Virus record (IMG/VR): IMGVR_UViG_3300025150_000003 | Coordinates: 64,001 to 128,000 of that record | Source: a virus | Direction: 5' to 3' (one strand) | Length of the DNA: 64,000 nucleotides | Shown here: positions 1 through 8,562 of the stretch, piece after piece | How the letters are laid out: every line of letters starts with the position of its first letter | Numbering within the stretch: the first letter of the stretch is position 1 | Translations under genes and position numbers: made by a program | The notes under the pieces: generated by a model | Database searches by the model: none | What the model was told of the DNA's origin: nothing | Seen by the model: only the letters and a program-made list of their open reading frames with translations

Positions 1-626
1 CAGGTGGCGTGACGCCCCGTCCGATCGTCATTGCTGACCGGAACAAGAACCTGACCCTTCCGGTAGGAACTCCAGGCACCATTCACGTTGGTGCCGAACA
101 CCACGGGGTTGTTCGCCTGGAGAGCTTCGACGACCATATCCACACGGGCCAGGCCCGTCGAGCGGATCTTGTAGAAGGACTCGATCTTCGAGAGGTACGC
201 CTGACGCATGGCGTCCCAACTCGGGGCCTCGAAGATGGCCCGGAAGTCCCACGGATGGGCCATCTCCGGTGGGACCCCGAACCGTCGCATCGCATCGAAA
301 GCGTGCGAGATGTAGGTCCCCTCGTCGATGTGAGTCTCCTTAGGCACCATCAGGTTCCGGGCGAACCAGTAGATGGCCAGACGACTGAGATCCACATGGG
401 CAGCGTGCCCGTACTTCATGATTCGCTTGATCTCGAACGCCTTGCAGGTTGCCTGTGCAACACAGGTGTTCGTGGCCCCTTGGTCATGTCGGGGGCTGGT
501 CCACGGGCGGAGGTCTACGTCCCCAGTGGTCGCTTGGACCATTCTTGCACGCAGCTTGCCCTCGAACCCCCAGTGTTGGGGACTATCGGGCTCTGGACGA
601 AAACCCTTGAGGGTGTACTGAGTCAT
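1..626 (-). CDS. Papain-like (C1 family) cysteine peptidase, 3' end truncated by window edge; absent from the ORF track
   Basis: Manual translation from ATG 626, preceded by AAGGAG: MTQYTLKGFRPEPDSPQHWGF...VDLRPWTSPRHDQGATNTCVAQA...DLSRLAIYWFAR...DEGTYISHAFDAMRRFGVPPE...PVVFGT...TGRHATC. The QG-x4-C nucleophile motif and the GxHA histidine motif are both present, and the frame is open to position 1. Confidence 0.85.
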   Translation of the reverse strand, partial: MTQYTLKGFRPEPDSPQHWGFEGKLRARMVQATTGDVDLRPWTSPRHDQGATNTCVAQATCKAFEIKRIMKYGHAAHVDLSRLAIYWFARNLMVPKETHIDEGTYISHAFDAMRRFGVPPEMAHPWDFRAIFEAPSWDAMRQAYLSKIESFYKIRSTGLARVDMVVEALQANNPVVFGTNVNGAWSSYRKGQVLVPVSNDDRTGRHAT

Positions 627-669
627 GGGGATCTCCTTACGTTGCCTCTGCCCGTGGACCATACCCGGC

Positions 670-1446
670 CTAGACCACCTTCATCCGGGGTTGGGATTTC
701 CGGTAGGTATCCACCGCCCGGATGATGTCCGCGACCAAAGTGTGACGAACCACGTCATCCACACTCATCTCGTAGGACCCCACACCACCGACGTTCTCCA
801 GGATCCGGCTCATCGTGATCAGCCCACTGCCCTCCAGGTCCGTCTGGGAAGCATCCCCAGTGAGCACACAGCGAGACCCCTCACCGATCCTCGTCAGCAT
901 CATCAGGAGCTGATCGAAGGTGCAGTTCTGGGCCTCGTCGAGGAGGATGTAGGCGTTTTCGAGGGTCCTGCCTCGCATGTACGCCAGGGGCACGATCTCG
1001 ATCTTCTCGTTCTTGAGGTGACAGTCCACCCTCCCCTTCGACAGGATCTTGTAGAGGGAGGTGAGCAGCGGTTGCAGGTACGGGGCAACCTTCTCACCAA
1101 GGTCACCCGGCAAGAATCCCAGATGCTCCCCGGCCTCTACTGCGGGTCGAGTCAGGACGATGCGGTCCACCAACCCCTTCTCCAGGGCGTAGACCGCCTC
1201 GTAGACGGCGAGGAAGGTCTTGCCCGTCCCGGCCGGGCCGAGTCCGAACACCAGGTCGTGGGACCGAAGGACATCCTGATACTCGCGTTGCCCCGTGGTC
1301 TTGGGGTGGACAGGGGTCAGTTGACGATGATGCTCGTGAACATCCTGACGCTCTATCTGAGGTTCAGGTCGGCGCTCCTGCCGACCTTGCTTGTTCCCCA
1401 TCCTCTTCTGACTGGTCTGTGGTTTCCGGGCTGCACTTCGCCTCAT
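670..1446 (-). CDS. phoH: PhoH-like ATPase
   Basis: GPAGTGKT, LTRPAVEAGEHLGFLPGDL, PLAYMRGRT, LDEAQN, TGDASQTD and DVVRH motifs. Start placed at ATG 1446 behind AAGGAG (the track starts it at GTG 1473). Confidence 0.95.
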   Translation of the reverse strand: MRRSAARKPQTSQKRMGNKQGRQERRPEPQIERQDVHEHHRQLTPVHPKTTGQREYQDVLRSHDLVFGLGPAGTGKTFLAVYEAVYALEKGLVDRIVLTRPAVEAGEHLGFLPGDLGEKVAPYLQPLLTSLYKILSKGRVDCHLKNEKIEIVPLAYMRGRTLENAYILLDEAQNCTFDQLLMMLTRIGEGSRCVLTGDASQTDLEGSGLITMSRILENVGGVGSYEMSVDDVVRHTLVADIIRAVDTYRKSQPRMKVV

Positions 1447-1487
1447 GAACTCTCCTTGGACTGCGGAGGACACACAGAGCAGAGGAG

Positions 1488-1502
1488 ATAGAGGCAGTAG
1501 CG
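1488..1502 (-). promoter_or_regulatory. Candidate second-class promoter CGNT-N7-CTAT upstream of phoH
   Basis: CGCT-actgcct-CTAT. Confidence 0.45.
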
Positions 1503-1515
1503 AAGATCCCGACCG

Positions 1516-3114
1516 TCAGGGCTTGATCCCCACCAAGAAGGGTTCCCAACCCGGCTTCAGGGCCGTGGCCCACCCATCGAACTTGGCTGCCTCTGAGGTT
1601 GCTGCCGCAGTTAGGGAGTAGCCATCCTTGAGTCCGTTCTTCGCTTTCCCGGTTGCCCCCCCGTAATCCAAAGCGATTCTATCAACAACCTGTGGGTCGA
1701 TGTTGCCCACTTTGCCCACGACCTCTCGCTCGGCACCGAAGTGCTGATCGATAGCCTTGCTCGTGTTCAAATATTTCGGAAAGCCACTGTTTCCAGTGAT
1801 GAATGTCAGCCCCTTACGTCGAGCTACAAAAGCTCCGGTGGGCACCCTGACACACCACACCGTCCCTGTGTGGTGCACCTTTTCAACCTGAACAGCTACC
1901 CTTGCCAGATCGGCAAGGGCTTCCCATGCGCCTCGAACAGCTTGTGTGCCTGATTCGAGGCGAACAACGCCAAGTTCTCCAGCCTGTTGTCCACGGGGTT
2001 GTGGTTCAAGTGATGCACCGTCTCCTGTCGAGAGAGACACCGACCCAACACCTGAGCTACGATCAGTCGGTGTTCCATGATGTACCCATCCTTGCGGGCC
2101 ATCGGGCGGAACTCGGGGGGGCAGCGCAAGTACCGGATCTGTCCGTTCTTGGTGTAGTTGCCCTTTTTCCTGAAGTAGGTCACCCCACCCTTCCAAGCCG
2201 GGTTGCTCGGCCCCGTCATTTTCTTGATCGCAGATGCTCTCCCTTCGGGAGACACCGCCGCAGCCCCCTTGTGCCCGTGCTTCGCCCAGTCCTGACCCCG
2301 ATGCACTCCGTTGCACTTCCGAGAGCAAACTGGCTGGCGTGCCCCCTTCCGAAGCCACGCATCGGGATACCACTTCAGCGTGCCACACACTGTGCAGGCA
2401 ATGAACTGCCCCTTCCGTTCCGCCAGGGGCTTCTTGATCTGCACTCGGATCCGGTTCGCACAGGAACGTCCGCACGTCTGTTGTGACGCTTTGTGGGGGA
2501 TGAACTCCCCACTGCACGCTGGGCACAACCTCGGTTGCTTCCAGCCCCTCCGCTCGGATGAACTCCCAGTGACCCTCTCGTTGGACAAGGCAGCGGTGTC
2601 CGACGGACACGATGTGGTCAGTGCCGTCTCCATAGAGACGGTAGGCTTCTCGGTCGTAGGGGTACTCAAAGGTTTCCTCCACAGACTGCCATGTGAGTTG
2701 GCCGGTCTCGGGATTGAAGCCCAACACCTGCTTTCCGACCTTGGCTCTATGGTAGTGTGCCCACCCCTCTGGGGTCAAGATTTCAGTGTCCTCCGTGAGA
2801 CATCCGTACCCCCAAGCCTCAAGGGACCCTTCCACGGGCAGGACGAACCCTGCCTCCTCCATGGCAGCCGCAAGTCGATGGAATGTGCGGGTGGCCGAGA
2901 ACACCTTGATGATGCCGCCAGAGGGCAGAACGTCAAAGCAGGCTTTCAACCATTCTAGGTGCCAAGCCGCGTTTTCCTGACCAGTGCCTTCTGCATCCCA
3001 ATCCCTTGACATGAAGCCCACCAAGTATGGGGGGTCCGTGACCACAGCCCCGACACCCTTCAAAGTCTTTAGGACCTGGAAGCTGTCACCCAGTCTCAGC
3101 GTGATGGTCGTCAT
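1516..3114 (-). CDS. Beta-class (N4C/N6A) DNA methyltransferase, N-terminal catalytic half, intein-containing
   Basis: LGDS...VVTDPPY...VLPSGG...FHRLAAAMEEAGF...WGYG|intein|SGFPK...GWATALKPGWEPFLVGIKP-stop. No FxGxG motif. The start overlaps the upstream stop (TGATG at 3116-3112). Confidence 0.9.
   Translation of the reverse strand: MTTITLRLGDSFQVLKTLKGVGAVVTDPPYLVGFMSRDWDAEGTGQENAAWHLEWLKACFDVLPSGGIIKVFSATRTFHRLAAAMEEAGFVLPVEGSLEAWGYGCLTEDTEILTPEGWAHYHRAKVGKQVLGFNPETGQLTWQSVEETFEYPYDREAYRLYGDGTDHIVSVGHRCLVQREGHWEFIRAEGLEATEVVPSVQWGVHPPQSVTTDVRTFLCEPDPSADQEAPGGTEGAVHCLHSVWHAEVVSRCVASEGGTPASLLSEVQRSASGSGLGEARAQGGCGGVSRRESICDQENDGAEQPGLEGWGDLLQEKGQLHQERTDPVLALPPRVPPDGPQGWVHHGTPTDRSSGVGSVSLSTGDGASLEPQPRGQQAGELGVVRLESGTQAVRGAWEALADLARVAVQVEKVHHTGTVWCVRVPTGAFVARRKGLTFITGNSGFPKYLNTSKAIDQHFGAEREVVGKVGNIDPQVVDRIALDYGGATGKAKNGLKDGYSLTAAATSEAAKFDGWATALKPGWEPFLVGIKP
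1789..2802 (-). mobile_element. Intein (338 aa) inserted at YG|SGFPK of the methyltransferase
   Basis: Block A CLTEDTEILTPEGW, block B IVSVGHRCLV, blocks F/G TVWCVRVPTGAFVARRKGLTFITGN followed by +1 Ser. Removing it restores the conserved WxYGSGFPK motif. Confidence 0.9.
1896..2669 (-). CDS. Zinc-finger HNH homing endonuclease nested out of frame (+1) inside the intein; true start uncertain (TTG 2669, ATG 2633 or later)
   Basis: Four Cys pairs (CPAC, CGRSC, CTVC, CSRKC), GPSNPAWKGG, DGYIMEHRLIVAQVLGR and ETVHHLNHNPVDNRLENL (HNH_3 type). Codons in this frame are strongly G/C-ending. Confidence 0.88.
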   Translation of the reverse strand: MSTPTTEKPTVSMETALTTSCPSDTAALSNERVTGSSSERRGWKQPRLCPACSGEFIPHKASQQTCGRSCANRIRVQIKKPLAERKGQFIACTVCGTLKWYPDAWLRKGARQPVCSRKCNGVHRGQDWAKHGHKGAAAVSPEGRASAIKKMTGPSNPAWKGGVTYFRKKGNYTKNGQIRYLRCPPEFRPMARKDGYIMEHRLIVAQVLGRCLSRQETVHHLNHNPVDNRLENLALFASNQAHKLFEAHGKPLPIWQG

Positions 3115-4700
3115 CAGTCTTCACCAAACCAGTCGAGGAGGGACACAGTCTTCGGGGGCTCTTTCTTGACCTGGTGATCAGACACGATCTTCGTGTCGTG
3201 TCCCCGGTACTTCGAGGTGCTCCAGTAACGGATACGGGCATCCGCAATGGCGAGATACTCTGGCTCCCGCTCGATGCCCTCGAAATCATGACCTGTGATC
3301 GAACAAGCGATGCCCGTGGTCCCGGAGCCCAGGAAAGGATCCACCACGGCCCCCAGGTCCTTGGGGACATTGGCCAGCAACCTCTTCATGATTTCAATGG
3401 ACTTCACGGTCGGGTGGAAATTACGGACCTTCTTCGCAGTCCGCCCAGCCCCGGCTCGTGGGTTCTGCACCCCTGCCGAACCCTCTTCCCGTTCCACGGC
3501 CTCGTGCCCAGCCTTGGCCGGCAGCTTCGAGCAACCAGCCTCTCGCTCCTTCCTTCCTGCCTTGGCAACGTAGTGGAAGGAGCCAGGACCTTGGACAAGC
3601 AGGATGGCGTCACGGATCTCGAACCCTGCGTCCTCCAACCGAATGGCTCCGGTGTGACCTGTGGGCTGGGTATCGGGAGCGATGAGGAAGACGTGACCAC
3701 CCGGCGGGAGGACTCGCCAGCACTCGGTGATTTGGGACTCCGTGATGGTGTGACTGCCGCTGGTCACGACCAGGCCACAGACCGAGCCGGTCTCCCAGGT
3801 GGAGATGTCCGTCGTGGCGGAGATGACCACGGCTTGCTTGTCAGGAGTTGAGCCCATCGTGCGGAGATACTCGGTGAGGGTGTCTCCCGATGCCTGCTTG
3901 AAGAACCGGGAGGCACCTCCTGTGTCCCGGTGCCCCTCGGTATTTCCTGCTTTCCACCCAAACAAGCCCCCTTGATGGTCACGGCTTGTCCGAAAACTAT
4001 GAGGACGTTCCCCGCTCTGCTCATCCAGGTCTGCTACAGGGCAGTCAGGCTCACAATCCCACTCGGGGTCGGACTCCACCTGCTTGAAGAACCGGGAGGC
4101 ACCGCCGGTGTCCCCGTAGGAGACCATTGGTGTCCCCTCTGGACGATTCTCCTGACCAAAGGCTGCACTCCCATTGCCATCCTGGTCCCGCGAGGACGCC
4201 CTCTTGACCGCTCCCGTGCCCGAAGTGAGGCTCCCGCTCTGTTCATCCAGGTCAGCCACGGGGCAGCCAGACTCACAATCCCAAGCCGCAACCTGTTCCT
4301 TCCCCGTGGAATCCCCGTGTTGATTGCCAGGATGAGAGACACCGCGTAGCATCCCCGTTACGGATTCACCCTCATAGGCATCAGGTACAGTCTTCGATGA
4401 GGGACTGCCTTTGACGATCTTGGTGCCCGCCTGAACACAACCCGGTTTGTGTTGTAGGATGACGTTTGCAGGCCATCTCCCTGAGACCTCCGGGGGAGTG
4501 TCCCCTGCGCCACCCCGCTTGAAACGCCAGTCCTCAGGATTGGGTCGGGGAGTCGGGTCCGAAGCGTATGCCCCACCACCAAGATTGTCTTTGGTGGAGA
4601 GTCGGGTATCCCCGATGTTCAGGGACCCTGTGCCGTACTTGAGGGCGTTCTGCGCAACGGTGCCCTCAAGGGGCTTCCGGGCCATATGGATAACGATCAT
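3114..4700 (-). CDS. Beta-class DNA methyltransferase partner: TRD-like region, degenerate catalytic segment and SAM-binding motif I
   Basis: Begins ARKPLEGTVAQNALKYGTGSLNI...GRWPANV...GGASRFF, then ECWRVLPPGG...LEDAGFEIRD without DPPY, then NFHPTVKS...VVDPFLGSGTTG...GIERE. Start at ATG 4700 overlaps the upstream TGA (ATGA). Confidence 0.88.
   Translation of the reverse strand: MIVIHMARKPLEGTVAQNALKYGTGSLNIGDTRLSTKDNLGGGAYASDPTPRPNPEDWRFKRGGAGDTPPEVSGRWPANVILQHKPGCVQAGTKIVKGSPSSKTVPDAYEGESVTGMLRGVSHPGNQHGDSTGKEQVAAWDCESGCPVADLDEQSGSLTSGTGAVKRASSRDQDGNGSAAFGQENRPEGTPMVSYGDTGGASRFFKQVESDPEWDCEPDCPVADLDEQSGERPHSFRTSRDHQGGLFGWKAGNTEGHRDTGGASRFFKQASGDTLTEYLRTMGSTPDKQAVVISATTDISTWETGSVCGLVVTSGSHTITESQITECWRVLPPGGHVFLIAPDTQPTGHTGAIRLEDAGFEIRDAILLVQGPGSFHYVAKAGRKEREAGCSKLPAKAGHEAVEREEGSAGVQNPRAGAGRTAKKVRNFHPTVKSIEIMKRLLANVPKDLGAVVDPFLGSGTTGIACSITGHDFEGIEREPEYLAIADARIRYWSTSKYRGHDTKIVSDHQVKKEPPKTVSLLDWFGED
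3894..4283 (-). repeat. Internal tandem duplication within the methyltransferase partner gene
   Basis: Two units WDCExxCPVADLDEQSG...DTGGASRFFKQ (4283-4080 and 4061-3894) with near-identical ends and unrelated middles. Confidence 0.85.
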
Positions 4701-5671
4701 TCCGGGCATTGCAGCAGATCCAGGATAGAGTTGTTGTCCGGTTGGAGACAGTGGGGAGAAAACCAGAGAGTCTCAAGGGTGAGGTTCTTGGTTCCCTGCC
4801 CCCCTGCATTGGAGTAGCCCGTGTTGGACTGCCGACTCGTCCCTGCCCAGTTCCACTGAGCCCAGCCCTCGGGTAGGACCCGTCCATCGTCATACCCTGC
4901 TACTGCGATGCGTAGGGCGGGGTCATCCCCGTGCTGTACAGCCCAGTCCCATACGGCTGCCGCAATCCCAGCCTCATCGCTCAGACTTGCCCCCGTGGGA
5001 TAGAGCTGGTCTGTCCCACGTCCATAGGGGGGATCAAGGAACAGAGCGTTGATCTTGGCCGTCTTCAGCCCGGCCCCAAGCAACCGAGTCCAGTCCCCGC
5101 ACACAACCCGAACTTCCCGTAGCCGCTCGGAGAGCATCTGGAAATGATCCAGCGTGATCTTGCCCACCCGCTTGTAGGTCAGGTGTGGAACCGTTCGACG
5201 GACACCTGGTCGGACATCCCCTTTTGGGCGAGCCTGGAAGACCCCGTCAATGGATACCCAGGGTCCCTTGCCGATGCACCAACCTCGGCCAATCCACGAA
5301 AGGGAACCCCACACCCACCAACCTGCGATCTTGGCGTCGTACCAGTGAGGGTCCCCCATCAACCTGTTCAAGATGTTCTCACTCTGGCCCACAAGCCAGA
5401 GATGTCGGGCGTGAAGGTCAGCCTCGTTCACAGGCCACTGAGCCCAACGAAGTACCTCCTCCGGCTCCGCAGCCACGGCTCGAAAGAAATTCGAGATGAA
5501 CCCATCGGCATCGTTGATGGTCTCCATCCCTTTGGGACCGTCGGGACGCATCAGCAACACTGCAGCCGAACCGGCGAAAGGCTCCACGTAGTTGGACACG
5601 GAACCAAACCGTCGCCACACCTCAGGGGCCACAGCATCCTTGTTGCCGAACCGAGAGAACGGGGCTTTCAT
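4697..5671 (-). CDS. Dam/D12-class (alpha) DNA adenine methyltransferase
   Basis: MKAPFSRFGNK, YVEPFAGSAAV, ETINDAD and FLDPPY. Start at ATG 5671 overlaps the helicase stop (TGATG). Confidence 0.9.
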   Translation of the reverse strand: MKAPFSRFGNKDAVAPEVWRRFGSVSNYVEPFAGSAAVLLMRPDGPKGMETINDADGFISNFFRAVAAEPEEVLRWAQWPVNEADLHARHLWLVGQSENILNRLMGDPHWYDAKIAGWWVWGSLSWIGRGWCIGKGPWVSIDGVFQARPKGDVRPGVRRTVPHLTYKRVGKITLDHFQMLSERLREVRVVCGDWTRLLGAGLKTAKINALFLDPPYGRGTDQLYPTGASLSDEAGIAAAVWDWAVQHGDDPALRIAVAGYDDGRVLPEGWAQWNWAGTSRQSNTGYSNAGGQGTKNLTLETLWFSPHCLQPDNNSILDLLQCPE

Positions 5672-8562
5672 CAGTCCGTCTCCAGTTCCTCTTTGGCGGC
5701 CTTGTCCACGGCCGCACCAATCTTGGCGTTCTCCTCGGGAGTCAGCGCCACATCGAAACAGCTCAGAAGCCGACGACAAGGCCACTCCACCCGGGCGATG
5801 AAGGGCAGGAACGCTGCCTGGTCACGAGACTTGAGACAGTTGAACTGCACCCTCGACTGAGCTTTCAACTCATCATCGATCCAGGTTGAGGTCACCACGT
5901 CGGCCGAGTTGTGTGACAGCACAGGCCCCGTTTGGTACTCGTGATCCCCGTCCACTTCCAGATCCATCACGGGCTCATCTCGACCCGTATCTACTACAGA
6001 AACGACCCGCATCACCTGGAAGGTCAACAATCGTCGTAAGAACTGGACTTCAGCACCTCCGATGCCCTTCTCCGATGCGTGTTGCACCAGAAGTTCCACG
6101 GCACTCCGAGGCACCAGCCCCGTCTTACGGACCTTTGCAGGCAGGTTATAAAAGCTCCGAGGGAACGCCCCCTGGACAGACCCCGCAGGATGCACTTGGG
6201 TAAAGGCAGACAAGAACGTGTGAGGTACTGGATACACCTGTTTGCGAGACTCCCGCCCGGATACTTGCTGTGCTTGCTTATCCTCTTGGGAGAACCCAAT
6301 GTCTTGATGAAAACGCTGGGCACTTTCACGAGTCCGCACCCGGAGTAACACTTTCGGGTAGGTTTTCCCGGTCCGGCGCAAGAAAGAGCCCCACTTAGAC
6401 AAGTCCGAGTCAATACCCAGGGCTGTCAACAGCAACTGTACTTGGCGCAGGAAGTCTTCACAGGCCCCCTTCATGTTAATGCCCACGACCCCCTGATTGT
6501 TCACCCATCCGTCTGTATCAAACAATCCCTGCAGGTAAGCACACACAATTTCACGGGGGGCCTGCAAGATGCAGGTGGGGACTTCGACAGCCCGTTTACC
6601 CGCCACCGTCTCAAACCACCGCTTCAGAGGCTGGCTCCACTTCACCAGTTCGAAGGATCCTGACCGAGAAGGGTTCTCTTGAAGGGGCAGGGTATGACCG
6701 AAGGTATGCTCAAAACAGGTATGGAGTCGATCCCGAACAGCCGTCTCTTTCCGGTTCCCCGTCCAACCCAGGCCCCGAGGGTGTGTCTTGCCGTCACCAT
6801 CCCAAGCTCCCAGCAAGTAGGCTAGATCACGAGTAACTTTGGCGGGAGTTTTCAAGGGGATTCCTTGCTGCCCACTCGGTTTTTCACCGGACCCAATGAC
6901 AAGGTCAGGGAGTGCCGGGAACCTGCTGGGCCATGCCTCCTCTTCGCCGAAGGTGCTTGCCACATAGTCCTTACCTGGACTCAAGTTGCTGATGGTCTGC
7001 CAACCCAATTGGCCATCTTGCACCACCCGCACTCGATGGGATGCCGTGCAACCTAGCTTGGACCCCCTGTCCGTTGTCACGTCCCAGATGCGGCGGACAC
7101 CATTGTCGAAAACCTGCTTGATTTGCTTCCAACCGGAACCCGACCACACGGTTTCTCTATATCGGGAAACCTCGTCAATGCGCACAATTCCCCGGCCAGA
7201 ACGGATGAAAGTGCTTGAAACTGCTACACATCGCTCGGCTTCGTTGGCGTAACTCAGGTGAGTCAAATTGTAGCCAGCAACACCGGTCTTCTCCTTCGTC
7301 TTGAGAGCACTCTTGTACCCCTCACGGGAAATTTGGAACAGACCGACGACCGCCATCCCCTGCCCACGGTTGAATCCCAGAGCGAGCTTCTTGAGGTCAC
7401 GGATGACCTCGTTCAGGTTCTCTGTGGTGCTGCTGCGATGCCGACGGGGCGACATGAGCCCGCAGTGGTCCACGAACACCATTGAGAAGGGGTCTTTGCT
7501 GTAGATGACCTCGGCCATGGACCGGAGGTCGTGCATCGTGAAATCGTCCTTGTCGGGGTCGGCAACCTCGATGTGGATCTTCGCGTAGTCCTGACCGAGG
7601 TAGGGGTGGTTCACCACATCCTCCCCATTGAAATCGGGGATCACATAGTCGAAGTAGAAGGCCTTGGCGTTGACATTCCACTCGTGCAGCTTGCCATCCC
7701 GGATGTCCTGGTAGGGCAGTCCTACGTCTTGCTCGGGGTCCGTCTGGATGCCCAGACGCATTCGGATCTCACGGAACTTCGGGTGCATCGAGTGGATGGC
7801 GTAGAGGATGCGCCGGCACTGACCGTAGGGCATCTCCAGGCTGAAGATCAGCACGTTGTGCTTGTAGATCACGGCCTGGTTGTAGGCCCAGTTGAGCATG
7901 AACGTGCTCTTCATCCCGCCGGTGAACGCAGCATGAATCCAAAGCTCGTGTCGCTTGGCCCCGCCGAGGGCATCATCGCACTGCTGGAGGAAACAGAACT
8001 GCCCAATACCGGCGAGAGGGTCTGCCTCGACCCTCTCGTACTCTTCCTTGACCGCAACACCATCCTTGGTGACTTCACCGGAGAGCCTCCCGCCGATGGT
8101 GGGAGCTACAATGTCGTGAGCCTTCTCCATCACATACCGGGCGGAGTGGATTGGCCCCAGGAGGATCTTCTTCTCCTTGCCATCCGCCACCTCCATCCCA
8201 GTGGAGGTGATGATGGACGCCTCCTTGAGCGTCTCAGCCCATACACGCTGCCGACGGTCGTTGGCCTTGTCTTCCAGGACTCGCTGGAAGTCCCCCTTGG
8301 TCCTTGCCTTCAGCCCCTCCAGCACCCGGAGCTGATCTAGGACCGAGTCCTCCTTGGAGTGCTCGAAGTGTGACCTCAGGGTCGCGAGGTTCGGGATGTG
8401 ACTATGAGCCCGGACGAACTCTTGGATGTAGGCCCAGATGGCGTTGTATTCAGGGACCTCGAAACCAAGGGCGGATCCGTTGAGCATCTGATAGTTGCGG
8501 AGCAACAGCTCGGGATTGTCCCCAGCATCCGCAATGAACACTGAGCGAAGCAGAGACTTCAT
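5671..8562 (-). CDS. dnaB: DnaB-like (SF4) replicative helicase with intein
   Basis: Walker A AFTGGMKST, IFSLEM, VFVDH, LFQISR, EAER|SADVV and CLKSRD. Confidence 0.9.
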   Translation of the reverse strand: MKSLLRSVFIADAGDNPELLLRNYQMLNGSALGFEVPEYNAIWAYIQEFVRAHSHIPNLATLRSHFEHSKEDSVLDQLRVLEGLKARTKGDFQRVLEDKANDRRQRVWAETLKEASIITSTGMEVADGKEKKILLGPIHSARYVMEKAHDIVAPTIGGRLSGEVTKDGVAVKEEYERVEADPLAGIGQFCFLQQCDDALGGAKRHELWIHAAFTGGMKSTFMLNWAYNQAVIYKHNVLIFSLEMPYGQCRRILYAIHSMHPKFREIRMRLGIQTDPEQDVGLPYQDIRDGKLHEWNVNAKAFYFDYVIPDFNGEDVVNHPYLGQDYAKIHIEVADPDKDDFTMHDLRSMAEVIYSKDPFSMVFVDHCGLMSPRRHRSSTTENLNEVIRDLKKLALGFNRGQGMAVVGLFQISREGYKSALKTKEKTGVAGYNLTHLSYANEAERCVAVSSTFIRSGRGIVRIDEVSRYRETVWSGSGWKQIKQVFDNGVRRIWDVTTDRGSKLGCTASHRVRVVQDGQLGWQTISNLSPGKDYVASTFGEEEAWPSRFPALPDLVIGSGEKPSGQQGIPLKTPAKVTRDLAYLLGAWDGDGKTHPRGLGWTGNRKETAVRDRLHTCFEHTFGHTLPLQENPSRSGSFELVKWSQPLKRWFETVAGKRAVEVPTCILQAPREIVCAYLQGLFDTDGWVNNQGVVGINMKGACEDFLRQVQLLLTALGIDSDLSKWGSFLRRTGKTYPKVLLRVRTRESAQRFHQDIGFSQEDKQAQQVSGRESRKQVYPVPHTFLSAFTQVHPAGSVQGAFPRSFYNLPAKVRKTGLVPRSAVELLVQHASEKGIGGAEVQFLRRLLTFQVMRVVSVVDTGRDEPVMDLEVDGDHEYQTGPVLSHNSADVVTSTWIDDELKAQSRVQFNCLKSRDQAAFLPFIARVEWPCRRLLSCFDVALTPEENAKIGAAVDKAAKEELETD
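5908..7230 (-). mobile_element. Intein (441 aa) with LAGLIDADG homing endonuclease in the DnaB-like helicase
   Basis: Starts CVAVSSTF, block B CTASHRV, LAYLLGAWDGDG and AYLQGLFDTDG, ends VMDLEV...VLSHN|S. The DNA looks more AT-rich than its flanks. Confidence 0.92.

Noticed and set aside
1896-2669. Group I intron as the explanation for the nested HNH
   Set aside because: The host frame is uninterrupted and bounded by protein-splicing motifs, and no intron core elements were recognised by eye. An Infernal search would settle it.
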